A stretch of DNA of 64,000 nucleotides from Veleropilina oligotropha (taxonomy: Eukaryota): NCBI GenBank assembly GCA_048128005.1, contig JBEUKZ010000062.1, forward strand, positions 248,001 through 312,000. The letters run 5' to 3'. A model generated the notes under the pieces. That model did not search any database. It was given only the letters and a program-made list of their open reading frames with translations, and was not told the DNA's origin. Of the stretch, positions 14,714-29,300 are shown piece after piece. Within the stretch, counting starts at the first letter, position 1. Each line of letters starts with the position of its first letter. Position numbers and translations under genes: made by a program.

Positions 14714-15138
14714 AAGTTGTGTCAGTGCTAGCGCCAAAACGGCTATAGCTGCATAGTTGTAAGTTGCCATATAGTTACTACTATAGCTGAATTGATGCAT
14801 ACAACTTTTTGAGTCACATGACCGCGTCGGTTTGTCGGCCATCTTGGATTACGTCATAAACTAGCTTCTCTTATAACTTTGTCAATATTTAACCTAGAGC
14901 GACATGATTTATATATTCGGATGCCAAAGTCGCTTGTCTAAAATTTAATCACAGAAAATTTTTGAATTTTTAATTTAACCGGCGGCCATAGTGAAATCAA
15001 TTTAAAATGGCTATATCTTGGAAATGATGCAACGTAGACCCATGGCTACTATGGGGAGCCTATGGGAAGTCATGGGTGGGCTTTCGAAAATGACCTTGAC
15101 CTTTGACCTCAGGTGACCTACATTGCAGGAAATGACCT

Positions 15139-15960
15139 AATTAAGGAAAAATGCATACATGTGTGCCCATAGTGGTTGAAGTGAACTACTATTGATGTCT
15201 GTAGTCGACATTTATCAAATTTACGTGATAAAATCGAAAAACAGGAAGTACCTCGGCGGCCATTAAAGCATTTGTTTCAAGTGGCAATATATTAAAAAGG
15301 ATGCACCGCAGACACATAGTTACTATGGGGAGCCTATGGGAAGTCATGGTTCATCTTTCACATGTGACCTTGACCTTTGACCTCAGTTGACCTACATTGC
15401 AGGATATGACCTAATTAAGGAAAAATGCATACATGTGTGCCCATAGTGGTTGAAGTGAACTACTATTGATGTCTGTAGTCGACATTTATCAAATTTACGT
15501 GATAAAATCGAAAAACAGGAAGTGCCTCGGCGGCCATTAAAGCATTTGTTTCAAGTGGCAATATATCAAAAAGGATGCACCGCAGACACATAGTTACTAT
15601 GGGGAGCCTATGGGAAGTCATGGTTCATCTTTCACATGTGACCTTGACCTTTGACCTCAGTTGACCTACATTGCAGGAAATGACCTAATTAATGAAGAAT
15701 GCATACATGTGTGCCCATAGTGGTTGAAGTGAACTACTATTGATGTCTGTAGTCGACATTTATCAAATTTACGTGATAAAATCGAAAAACAGGAAGTGCC
15801 TCGGTGGCCATTAAAGCATTTGTTTCAAGTGGCAATATATCAAAAAGGATGCACCGCAGACACATAGTTACTATGGGGAGCCTATGGGAAGTCATGGTTC
15901 ATCTTTCACATGTGACCTTGACCTTTGACCTCAGTTGACCTGCATTGCAGTAAATGACCT
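15139..15960 (+). repeat. Three tandem copies of the ~274-bp HINE internal repeat
   Basis: The unit AATTAAGGAAAAATGCATACATGTG...GACCTACATTGCAG.A.ATGACCT has a 273-274 bp period (e.g. 10617 to 10891). It occurs 1-3 times per body. Confidence 0.9.
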
Positions 15961-17114
15961 AATTAAGAAAAACGCTCTATTTTTGCCAGAAAATGGTCAC
16001 GAAATGGCCAACTCGGTTAATATTGATGCTAGAGCTTAGATATTTTGAATGGAAATAATAAAAAAAATCGATCTAAATACTTTCAATTTTTTTTAAAAAA
16101 TTTAAATTTCTTTTTTAAAAATTCTAAAAAAATTAGAATATCCAGGAATATAACTTGGAGCCCTATACAGCTGCTAGCAGCTTTAATTATTATTATTATT
16201 CTTATTATTATTCCTCGGAAGTTGTGGCAGTCCTAGCGCCTAAACTGCTATAGCTGCATTGTTGTAAGTTGCCATATAGTTACTACTATAGCTGAATTGA
16301 TGCATACAACTTTTTGAGTCACATGACCGCGTCGGTTTGTCGGCCATCTTGGATTACGTCATAAACTAGCTTCTTTTATAACTTTCTTAATATTTAACCT
16401 AGAGCGACATGATTTATATATTCGGATGCCAAAGTCGCTTGTCTAAAATTTAATCAAAGCGGATTTTTGAATTTTTAATTTAACCGGCGGCCATAGTGAA
16501 ATCAATTTAAAATGGCTATATCTTGGAAATGATGCAACGTAGACCTATGGTTACTATGGGGAGCCTATGGGAAGTCATGGGTGGGCTTTCGAAAATGACC
16601 TTGACCTTTGACCTCAGGTGACCTACATTGCAGGAAATGACCTAATTAAGGAAAAATGCATACATGTGTGCCCATAGTGGTTGAAGTGAACTACTATTGA
16701 TGTCTGTAGTCGACATTTATCAAATTTACGTGATAAAATCGAAAAACAGGAAGTTCCTCGGCGGCCATTAAAGCATTTGTTTCAAGTGGCAATATATCAA
16801 AAAGGATGCACCGCAGACACATAGTTACTATGGGGAGCCTATGGGAAGTCTTGGTTCATCTTTCACATGTGACCTTGACCTTTGACCTCAGTTGACCTAC
16901 ATTGCAGTAAATGACCTAATTAAGACAAACGCCCTATTTTTGCCAGAGAATGGTCACGAAATGGCCAACTCGGTTAATATTGATGCTAGAGCTTAGATAT
17001 TTTGAATGGAAATAATAAAAAAATTCGATCTAAAAACTTTCAATTTTTTTTATAAAATTTAAAAAAATCCTAAAATATTTAGAATATCCAGGAATATAAC
17101 TTGGAGCTTTAATT

Positions 17115-17376
17115 AGGGCTCCAAAAATTTTTTTTTGGAGACCTATTGTTTTTATACTTATTTTTATTCTTATTATTATTATTAGGGCTCCAAAAATTTT
17201 TTTTTGGAGACCTATTGTTTTTATATTTATTTTTATTCTTCTTATTAGGGCTCCAAAAATTTTTTTTTGGAGACCTATTGTTTTTATGTTTATTTTTATT
17301 AGGGCTCCAAAAATTTTTTTTTGGAGACCTATTGTTTTTATGTTTATTTTTATTCTTATTATTATTATTATTATTA
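17115..17376 (+). repeat. Stack of four HINE left-end modules
   Basis: Same module at 17115, 17184, 17247 and 17301. Confidence 0.9.
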
Positions 17377-20300
17377 TAGTTCGGAAGTTGTATCAAGCCT
17401 AGCGCCTAAACTGCTATAGCTGCATAGTTGTAAGTTGCCATATAGTTAGTACTATAGCTGAATTGATGCATACAACTTTTTGAGTCACATGACCGCGTCG
17501 GTTTGTCGGCCATCTTGTATTACGTCATAAATTAGCGTCGTTTATAACTTTGTCAATATTTAACCTAGAGCGACATGATTAGTATATTCGGATGCCAGAG
17601 GCGCTTGTCAAAAATGTCATGAGAGTGGATTTTTGAATTTTTAATTTAACCGGCGGCCATAGTGAAATCAATTTAAAATGGCTATATCTTGGAAATGATG
17701 CGACGTAGACCCATGGTTACTATGGGGAGCCTATGGGAAGTCATGGGTGGGCTTTCGAAAATGACCTTGACCCTTTGACCTCAGGTGACCTACATTGCAG
17801 GAAATGACCTAATTAAGGAAAAATGCATACATGTGTGCCCATAGTGGTTGAAGTGAACTACTATTGATGTCTGTAGTCGACATTTATCAAATTTACGTGA
17901 TAAAATCGAAAAACAGGAAGTGCTTCGGCGGCCATTACAGCATTTGTTTCAAGTGGCAATATATCAAAAAGGATGCACCGCAGACACATAGTTACTATGG
18001 GGAGCCTATGGGAAGTCTTGGTTCATCTTTCACATGTGACCTTGACCTTTGACCTCAGTTGACCTACATTGCAGGAAATGACCTAATTAAGGAAAAATGC
18101 ATACATGTGTGCCCATAGTGGTTGAAGTGAACTACTATTGATGTCTGTTGTCGACATTTATCAAATTTACGTGATAAAATCGAAAAACAGGAAGTGCCTC
18201 GGCGGCCATTAAAGCATTTGTTTCAAGTGGCAATATATCAAAAAGGATGCACCGCAGACACATAGTTACTATGGGGAGCCTATGGGAAGTCATGGTTCAT
18301 CTTTCACATGTGACCTTGACCTTTGACCTCAGTTGACCTACATTGCAGTAAATGACCTAATTAAGAAAAACGCCCTATTTTTGCCAGAAAATGGTCACGA
18401 AATGGCCAACTCGGTTAATATTGATGCTAGAGCTTAGATATTTTGAATGGAAATAATAAAAAAATTCGATCTAAAAACTTTCAATTTTTTTTAAAAAATT
18501 AAAAAAAAATTTAAAAAATTCTAAAAAATTTAGAATATCCAGGAATATAACTTGGAGCCCTATACAGCTGCTAGCAGCTTTAATTATTATTATTATTATT
18601 CTGACGTTTTTTGTAAACACTTTAGCGCAAAAACGGCTATAGCTGCATAGTTGTAAGTTGCCATATAGTTAGTACTATAGCTGAATTGATGCATACAACT
18701 TTTTGAGTCACATGACCGCGCCGGTTTGTCGGCCATCTTGGATTACGTCATAAACTAGCTTCTTTTATAACTTTGTTAATATTTAACCTAGCGGGACATG
18801 ATTAGTATATTCGGATGCCAGAGTCGCTTGTCAAAAATGTCATGAGAGTGGATTTTTGAATTTTTAATTTAACCGGCGGCCATAGTGAAATCAATTTAAA
18901 ATGGCTATAGCTTGGAAATGATGCAACGTAGACCCATGGTTACTATGGGGAGCCTATGGGAAGTCATGGGTGGGCTTTCGAAAATGACCTTGACCTTTGA
19001 CCTCAGGTGACCTACATTGCAGGAAATGACCTAATTAAGGAAAAATGCATACATGTGTGCCCATAGTGGTTGAAGTGAACTACTATTGATGTCTGTAGTT
19101 GACATTTATCAAATTTACGTGATAAAATCGAAAAACAGGAAGTGCCTCGGCGGCCATTAAAGCATTTGTTTCAAGTGGCAATATATCAAAAAGGATGCTC
19201 CGCAGACACATAGTTACTATAGGGAGCCTATGGGAAGTCATGGTTCATCGTTCACATGTGACCTTGACCTTTGACCTCAGTTGACCTACATTGCAGTATA
19301 TGACCTAATTAAGGAAAACGCCCTATTTTTTCCAGAAAATGGTCACGAAATGGCCAACTCGGTTAATATTGATGCTAGAGCTTAGATATTTTGAATGGAA
19401 ATAATAAAAAAATTCGATCTAAAAACTTTCAATTTTTTTTAAAAAATTTTAAAAAAATTTGAAAAAATCCTAAAATTTTTAGAATATCCAGGAATATAAC
19501 TTGGAGCCCTATACAGCTGCTAGCAGCTTTTATTAGACTTAGTTTTTTTAGATGAATATTGCTTCATAGCGCCTCTAAAAATCGTCCTTTTTCTTCCAGA
19601 TTTTCGCATAAAATATACTATATAAAGATCGTTATATTAGAGAATTGTGACAAGAATACAATAAGTACTTTCATTGTTTAAAAAATACTATTTTAATTCC
19701 TCGTCTCATGTCGGCGCGACCAGCTCAGTGCTAATTGCCTTACCAGATGAAGTAGGCAGTTTATGAGCCTGCCTCTTTGAGGTGTCAAAGCCGCGCAGCA
19801 ACCCTGTCCAGTGGACAGCAAGGCCCTTCAGAAGTTCTGCTATCAGGCTTAAGTAAACATTTAGCCAACAGAAGGCTACATGATTCATTAACTGTTAATA
19901 TATGGTGAAAACATTGATATTCTGTTGGTCAGTCCAGTTGCGCATTCATTATTATAGATACTTCTTAATTTCCATCATAGGTTAATGCACAAGATAATAG
20001 ATTTAAAAACTACTATACGGCGTAAAAATCTAAGATTGGCGGCATTCGATTCAGAGTGGCCATATGTATATCTTAAAATATAAAAAAAAATTTTTTACAT
20101 TTAGTATTTTTTGTAATTTTTTTTTTTTAAATTAAACTTTTTTATTTTTTTGTATTTTACGTCTTTTTTTTATTTCGTTTATCTGATTGAAGCCCTCACA
20201 GCTGCTCGCAGCTTTAATTATTATTATTATTATTATTATTATTCTGACGTTTTTTGTAAACACTTTAGCGCAAAAACGGCTATAGCTGCATAGTTGTAAG

Positions 20301-23300
20301 TTGCCATATAGTTAGTACTATAGCTGAATTGATGCATACAACTTTTTGAGTCACATGACCGCGCCGGTTTGTCGGCCATCTTGGATTACGTCATAAACTA
20401 GCTTCTTGTATAACTTTGTTAATATTTAACCTAGCGGGACATGATTAGTATATTCGGATGCCAGAGTCGCTTGTCAAAAATGTCATGAGAGTGGATTTTT
20501 GAATTTTTAATTTAACCGGCGGCCATAGTGAAATCAATTTAAAATGGCTATAGCTTGGAAATGATGCAACGTAGACCCATGGTTACTATGGGGAGCCTAT
20601 GGGAAGTCATGGGTGGGCTTTCGAAAATGACCTTGACCTTTGACCTCAGGTGACCTACATTGCAGGAAATGACCTAATTAAGGAAAAATGCATACATGTG
20701 TGCCCATAGTGGTTGAAGTGAACTACTATTGATGTCTGTAGTTGACATTTATCAAATTTACGTGATAAAATCGAAAAACAGGAAGTGCCTCGGCGGCCAT
20801 TAAAGCATTTGTTTCAAGTGGCAATATATCAAAAAGGATGCTCCGCAGACACATAGTTACTATGGGGAGCCTATGGGAAGTCATGGTTCATCGTTCACAT
20901 GTGACCTTGACCTTTGACCTCAGTTGACCTACATTGCAGTATATGACCTAATTAAGGAAAACGCCCTATTTTTCCCAGAAAATGGTCACGAAATGGCCAA
21001 CTCGGTTAATATTGATGCTAGAGCTTAGATATTTTGAATGGAAATAATAAAAAAATTCGATCTAAAACTGTCCAGTGGACAGCAAGGCCCTTCAGAAGTT
21101 CTGCTATCAGGCTTAAGTAAACATTTAGCCAACAGAAGGCTACATGATTCATTAACTGTTAATATATGGTGAAAACATTGATATTCTGTTGGTCAGTCCA
21201 GTTGCGCATTCATTATTATAGATACTTCTTAATTTCCATCATAGGTTAATGCACAAGATAATAGATTTAAAAACTACTATACGGCGTAGAAATCTAAGAT
21301 TGGCGGCATTCGATTCAGAGTGGCCATATGTATATCTTAAAATATAAAAAAAAAATTTTACATTTAGTATTTTTTGTAATTTTTTTTTTTTAAATTAAAC
21401 TTTTTTATTTTTTTGTATTTTACGTCTTTTTTTTATTTCGTTTATCTGATTGAAGCCCTCACAGCTGCTCGCAGCTTTAATTATTCTTATTATTATTATT
21501 ATTATTCATCAGAAGTTGTGTCAAGCCTAGCGCCTAAACTGCTATAGCTGCATAGTTGTAAGTTGCCATATAGTTACTACTATAGCTGAATTGATGCATA
21601 CAACTTTTTGAGTCACATGACCGCGTCGGTTTGTCGGCCATCTTGGATTACGTCATAAACTAGCTTCTTTTATAACTTTGTTAATATTTAACCTAGAGCG
21701 ACATGATTAGTATATTCGGATGCCAGAGGCGCTTGTCAAAAATGTCATGAGAGTGGATTTTTGAATTTTTAATTTAACCGGCGGCCATAGTGAAATCAAT
21801 TTAAAATGGCTATATCTTGGAAATGATGCAACGTAGACCCATGGTTACTATGGGGAGCCTATGGGAAGTCATGGGTGGGCTTTCGAAAATGACCTTGACC
21901 TTTGACCTCAGGTGACCTACATTGCAGGAAATGACCTAATTAAGGAAAAATGCATACATGTGTGCCCATAGTGGTTGAAGTGAACTGGCAATTTTTATTT
22001 AAAAATTAAATTTTTTTTTTAGAATTTTTTTTTTTTAAATTTAAAAAAAAAAATTAAAAATTCTAAAAAATTTAGAATATCCAGGAATATAACTTGGAGC
22101 CCTATACAGCTGCTAGCAGCTTTAATTCTTATTATTATTATTATTATTATAGTTCGGAAGTTGTATCAAGCCTAGCGCCTAAACTGCTATAGCTGCATAG
22201 TTGTAAGTTGCCATATAGTTACTACTATAGCTGAATTGATGCATACAACTTTTTGAGTCACATGACCGTGTCGGTTTGTCGGCCATCTTGGATTACGTCA
22301 TAATCTAGCTTCTTTTATAGCTTTGTTAATATTTAACCTAGAGCGACATGATTAGTATATTCGGATGCCAGAGTCGCTTGTCAAAAATGTCATGAGAGTG
22401 GATTTTTGAATTTTTAATTTAACCGGCGGCCATATTGAAATCAATTTAAAATGGCTATATCTTGGAAATGATGCAATGTAGACCCATGGTTACTATGGGG
22501 AGCCTATGGGAAGTCATGGGTGGGCTTTCGAAAATGACCTTGACCTTTGACCTCAGGTGACCTACATTGCAGGAAATGACCTAATTAAGGAAAAATGCAT
22601 ACATGTGTGCCCATAGTGGTTGAAGTGAACTACTATTGATGTCTGTAGTCGACATTTATCAAATTTACGTGATAAAAGCGGAAAACAGGAAGTGCCTCGG
22701 CGGCTATTAAAGCATTTGTTGCAAGTGGCAATACATCAAAACGGATGCACCGCAGACACATAGTTACTATGGGGAGCCTATTGGAAGTCATGGTTCATCT
22801 TTCACATGTGACCTTGACCTTTGACCTCAGTTGACCTACATTGCAGTAAATGACCTAATTAAGAAAAACGCCCTATTTTTGCCAGAAAATGGTCACGAAA
22901 TGGCCAACTCGGTTAATATTTATGCTAGAGCTTAGATATTTTGAATGGAAATAAAAAAAAAATTCGAAAAACTTTCAATTTTTTTTTAAAAATTTAAAAA
23001 ATTTTTAAAAAAATTCTAAAAATTTTAGATTATCCAGGAATATAACTTGGAGCCCTATACAGCTGCTAGCAGCTTTAATTATTATTATTATTATAGTTCG
23101 GAAGTTGTGTCAAGCCTAGCGCCTAAACTGCTATAGCTGCATAGTTGTAAGTTGCCATATAGTTACGACTATAGCTGAATTGACGCATACAACTTTTTGA
23201 GTCACATGACCGCGTCGGTTTGTCGGCCATCTTGGATTACGTCATAAACTAGCTTCGTTTATAACTTTGTTAATATTTAACCTAGAGCGACATGATTAGT

Positions 23301-26300
23301 ATATTCGGATGCCAGAGTCGCTTGTCAAAAATGTCATGAGAGTGGAATTTTGAATTTTTAATTTAACCGGCGGCCATACTGAAATCAATTTAAAATGGCT
23401 ATATCTTGGAAATGATGCAACGTAGACCCATGGTTACTATGGGGAGCCTATGGGAAGTCATGGGTGGGCTTTCGAAAATGACCTTGACCTTTGACCTCAG
23501 GTGACCTACATTGCAGGAAATGACCTAATTAAGGAAAAATGCATACATGTGTGCCCATAGTGGTTGAAGTGAACTACTATTGATGTCTGTAGTAGACATT
23601 TATCAAATTTACGTGATAAAATCGAAAAACAGGAAGTGCCTCGGCGGCCATGAAAGCATTTGTTTCAAGTGGCAATATATAAAAAAGGATGCACCACAGA
23701 CACATAGTTACTATGGGGATCCTATGGGAAGTCATGGTTCATCTTTCACATGTGACCTTGACCTTTGACCTCAGTTGACCTACATTGCAGTAAATGACCT
23801 AATTAAGGAAATCGCCTTATTTTTGCCAGAAAATGGTCACGAAATGGCCAACTCGGTTAATATTGATGCTAGAGCTTAGACATTTTGAATGGAAATAATA
23901 AAAAAATTCGATCTAAAAACTTTCAATTTTTTTTTAAAAATTTAAAAAAAATTTAAACAAATTCTAAAAATTTTAGAATATCCAGGAATATAACTTGGAG
24001 CCCTATACAGCTGCTAGCAGCTTTAATTCTTATTATTATTATTCTCCAAAAGTTGTGGCCGCCCTAGCGCCAAAACGGCTATAGCTGCATAGTTGTAAGT
24101 TGCCATATAGTTACTACTATAGCTGAATTGATGCCCACAACTTTTTGAGTCACATGACCGCGTGGGTTTGTCGGCCATCTTGGATTACGTCATAAACTAG
24201 CTTCTTTTATAACTTTGTTAATATTTAACCTAGAGCGACATGATTTATATATTCGGATGCCAAAGTCGCTTGTCTAAAATTTAATCACAGAAAATTTTTG
24301 AATTTTTAATTTAACCGGCGGCCATAGTGAAATCAATTTAAAATGGCTATATTTTGGAAATGATGCAACGTAGACCCATGGTTACTATGGGGAGCCTATG
24401 GGAAGTCATGGGTGGGCTTTCGAAAATGACCTTGACCTTTGACCTCAGGTGACCTACATTGCAGGAAATGACCTAATTAAGGAAAAATGCATACATGTGT
24501 GCCCATAGTGGTTGGATTGAACTACTATTGATGTCTGTAGTCGACATTTATCAAATTTACATGATAAAAGCGGAAAACAGGAAGTGCCTCGGCGGCCATT
24601 AAAGCATTTGTTGCAAGTGGCAATATATCAAAACCGATGCACCGCAGACACATAGTTACTATGGGGAGCCTATGGGAAGTCATGGTTCATCTTTCACATG
24701 TGACCTTGACCTTTGACCTCAGTTGACCTACATTGCAATAAATGACCTAATTAAGGAAAAATGCATACATGTGTGCCCATAGTGGTTGAAGTGAACTACT
24801 ATTGATGTCTGTAGTCGACATTTATCAAATTTACGTGATAAAATCGAAAAACAGGAAGTGCCTCGGCGGCCATTAAAGCATTTGTTTCAAGTGGCAATAT
24901 ATAAAAAAGGATGCACCGCAGACACATAGTTACTATGGGGAGCCTATGGGAAGTCATGGTTCATCTTTCACATGTGACCTTGACCTTTGACCTCAGTTGA
25001 CCTGCATTGCAGTAAATGACCTAATTAAGAAAAACGCCCTATTTTTGCCAGAAAATGGTCACGAAATGGCCAACTCGGTTAATATTGATGCTAGAGCTTA
25101 GATATTTTGAATGGAAATAATAATAAAATTCGATCTAAAAAAAACAAAATGGCCGCCATATTTCCTTGAAAGGCCATACCTCGAGAACGACGTGTCGTAC
25201 AGACCTGAAATTTACGGCATTCCATTCAGAGTGACCTATATATATATATATATTAATATCATTTTATTGGAAAAAAATTTACGAAAAACTTTCAATTTTT
25301 TTTAAAAATTTTAAAAAAAATTAAAAAAATCTAAAAATTTTAGAATATCCAGGAATATAACTTGGAGCCCTATACAGCTGCTAGCAGCTTTAATTATTAT
25401 TATTATTCTTATTATTATTCCTCGGAAGTTGTGTCAGTCCTAGCGCCTAAACTGCTATAGCTGCATAGTTGTAAGTTGCCATATAGTTACTACTATAGCT
25501 GAATTGACGCATACAACTTTTTGAGTCACATGACCGCGTCAGTTTGTCGGCCATCTTGGATTACGTCATAAACTAGCTTCTTTTATAACTTTCTTAATAT
25601 TTAACCTAGAGCGACATGATTTATATATTCGGATGCCAAAGTCGCTTGTCTAAAATTTCATCAAAGCGGATTTTTGAATTTTTTATTTAACCGGCGGCCA
25701 TAGTGAAATCAATTTAAAATGGCTATATCTTGGAAATGATGCAACATAGACCCATGGTTACTATGGGGAGCCTATGGGAAGTCATGGGTGGGCTTTCGAA
25801 AATGACCTTGACCTTTGACCTCAGGTGACCTACATTGCAGGAAATGACCTAATTAAGGAAAAATGCATACATGTGTGCCCATAGTGGTTGAAGTGAACTA
25901 CTATTGATGTCTGTAGTCGACATTTATCAAATTTACGTGATAAAATCGAAAAACAGGAAGTTCCTCGGCGGCCATTAAAGCATTTGTTTCAAGTGGCAAT
26001 ATATCAAAAAGGATGCACCGCAGACACATAGTTACTATGGGGAGCCTATGGGAAGTCATGGTTCATCTTTCACATGTGACCTTGACCTTTGACCTCAGTT
26101 GACCTACATTGCAGTAAATGACCTAATTAAGAAAAACGCCCTATTTTTGCCAGAAAATGGTCACGAAATGGCCAACTCGGTTAATATTGATGCTAGAGCT
26201 TAGATATTTTGAATGGAAATAATAAAAAAATTCGATCTAAAAACTTTCAATTTTTTTTTAAAATTTAATTTTTTTTTTTTTAAATCCTAAAAAATTTAGA

Positions 26301-26367
26301 ATATTCAGGAATATAACTTGGAGCCCTATACAGCTGCTAGCAGCTTTAATTCTTATTATTATTATTA

Positions 26368-29300
26368 TTTTCCGAAAGTTGTGTCAGGCCTAGCGCCTAA
26401 ACTGCTATAGCAGCATAGTTGTAAGTTGCCATATAGTTACTACTATAGCTGAATTGATGCATACAACTTTTTGAGTCACATGACCACGTCGGTTTGTCGG
26501 CCATCTTGGATTACGTCATAAACTAGCTTCTTTTATAACTTTGTCAATATTTAACCTAGAGCGACATGATTTATATATTCGGATGCCTGAGTTGCTTGTC
26601 TAAAATCTTATCCAAGTGGATTTTTGAATTTTTAATTTAACCGGCGGCCATACTGAAATCAATTTAAAATGGCGATATCTTGGAAATGATGCAACGTAGA
26701 CCCATGGTTACTATGGGGAGCCTATGGGAAGTCAAGGGTGGGCTTTCGAAAATGACCTTGACCTTTGACCTCAGGTGACCTACATTGCAGGAAATGACCT
26801 AATTAAGGAAAAATGCATACATGTGTGCCCATAGTGGTTGAAGTGAACTACTATTGATGTCTGTAGTCGACATTTATCAAATTTACGTGATAAAATCGAA
26901 AAACAGGAAGTGCCTCGGCGGCCATTAAAGCATTTGTTTCAAGTGGCAATATATCAAAAAGGATGCACCACAGACACATAGTTACTATGGGGAGCCTATG
27001 GGAAGTCATGGTTCATCTTTCACATGTGACCTTGACCTTTGACCTCAGTTGACCTACATTGCAGGATATGACCTAATTAAGGAAAAATGCATACATGTGT
27101 GCCCATAGTGGTTGAAGTGAACTACTATTGATGTCTGTAGTCGACATATATCAAATTTACGTGATAAAAGCAGAAAACAGGAAGTGCCTCGGCGGCCATT
27201 AAAGCATTTGTTGCAAGTGGCAATATATCAAAACGGATGCACCGCAGACACATAGTTACTATGGGGAGCCTATGGGAAGTCATGGTTCATCTTTCACATG
27301 TGACCTTGACCTTTGACCTCAGTTGACCTACATTGCAGTAAATGACCTAATTAAGAAAAACGCCCTATTTTTGCCAGAAAATGGTCACGAAATGGCCAAC
27401 TCGGTTAATATTGATGCTAGAGCTTAGATATTTTGAATGGAAATAATAAAAAAATTCGATCTAAAAAAAACAAAATGGCCGCCATATTTCCTTGAAAGGC
27501 CATACCTCGAGAACGACGTGTCGTACAGACCTGAAATTTACGGCATTCCATTCAGAGTGACCTATATATATATATATATAGTAATATCATTTTATTCGAA
27601 AAAAATTTACGAAAAACTTTCAATTTTTTTTTAAAAATTTTAAAAAAATTAAAAAAATCTAAAAAATTTAGAATATCCAGGAATATAACTTGGAGCCCTA
27701 TACAGCTGCTAGCAGCTTTAATTATTATTATTATTCCTCGGAAGTTGTGTCGCGCCTAGCGCCTAAACTGCTATAGCTGCATAGTTGTAAGTTGCCATAT
27801 AGTTACTACTATAGCTGAATTGATGCATACAACTTTTTGAGTCACATGACCGCGTCGGTTTGTCGGCCATCTTGGATTACGTCATAAACTAGCTGCTTTT
27901 ATAACTTTGTTAATATTTAACCTAGAGCGACATGATTTGTATATTCGGATGCCTGAGTCGCTTGTCTAAAATCTTATCAAAGCGGATTTTTGAATTTTTA
28001 ATTTGACCGGCGGCCATAGTGAAATCAATTTAAAATGGCTATATCTTGGAAATGATGCAACGTAGACCCATGGTTACTATGGGGAGCCTATGGGAAGTCA
28101 TGGGTGGGCTTTCGAAAATGACTTTGACCTTTGACCTCAGGTGACCTACATTGCAGGAAATGACCTAATTAAGGAAAAATGCATACATGTGTGCCCATAG
28201 TGGTTGAATTGAACTACTATTGATGTCTGTAGTCGACATTTATCAAATTTACATGATAAAATCGAAAAACAGGAAGTGCCTCGGCGGCCATTAAAGCATT
28301 TGTTCCAAGTGGCAATATATCAAAAAGGATGCACCGCAGACACATAGTTACTATGGGGAGCCTATGGGAAGTCATGGTTCATCTTTCAAATGTGACCTTG
28401 ACCTTTGACCTCAGTTGACCTACATTGCAGTAAATGACCTAATTAAGAAAAAAGCCCTATTTTTGCCAGAAAATGGTCACGAAATGGCCAACTCGGTTAA
28501 TATTGATGCTAGAGCTTAGATATTTTGAATGGAAATAATAAAAAAATTCGAAAAACTTGCAATTTTTTTTTAAAAATTTAAAAAAAATTCAAAAATTTCA
28601 ATTTTTTTTAGAATATCCAGGAATGTAACTTGGAGCCCTATACAGCTGCTAGCAGCTTTAATTCTTATTATTATTATTATTTTCCGAAAGTTGTGTCAGG
28701 CCTAGCGCCTAAACTGCTATAGCAGCATAGTTGTAAGTTGCCATATAGTTACTACTATAGCTGAATTGATGCATACAACTTTTTGAGTCACATGACCACG
28801 TCGGTTTGTCGGCCATCTTGGATTACGTCATAAACTAGCTTCTTTTATAACTTTGTCAATATTTAACCTAGAGCGACATGATTTATATATTCGGATGCCT
28901 GAGTTGCTTGTCTAAAATCTTATCCAAGTGGATTTTTGAATTTTTAATTTAACCGGCGGCCATACTGAAATCAATTTAAAATGGCGATATCTTGAAAATG
29001 ATGCAACGTAGACCCATGGTTACTATGGGGAGCCTATGGGAAGTCAAGGGTGGGCTTTCGAAAATGACCTTGACCTTTGACCTCAGGTGACCTACATTGC
29101 AGGAAATGACCTAATTAAGGAAAAATGCATACATGTGTGCCCATAGTGGTTGAAGTGAACTACTATTGATGTCTGTAGTCGACATTTATCAAATTTACGT
29201 GATAAAATCGAAAAACAGGAAGTGCCTCGGCGGCCATTAAAGCATTTGTTTCAAGTGGCAATATATCAAAAAGGATGCACCACAGACACATAGTTACTAT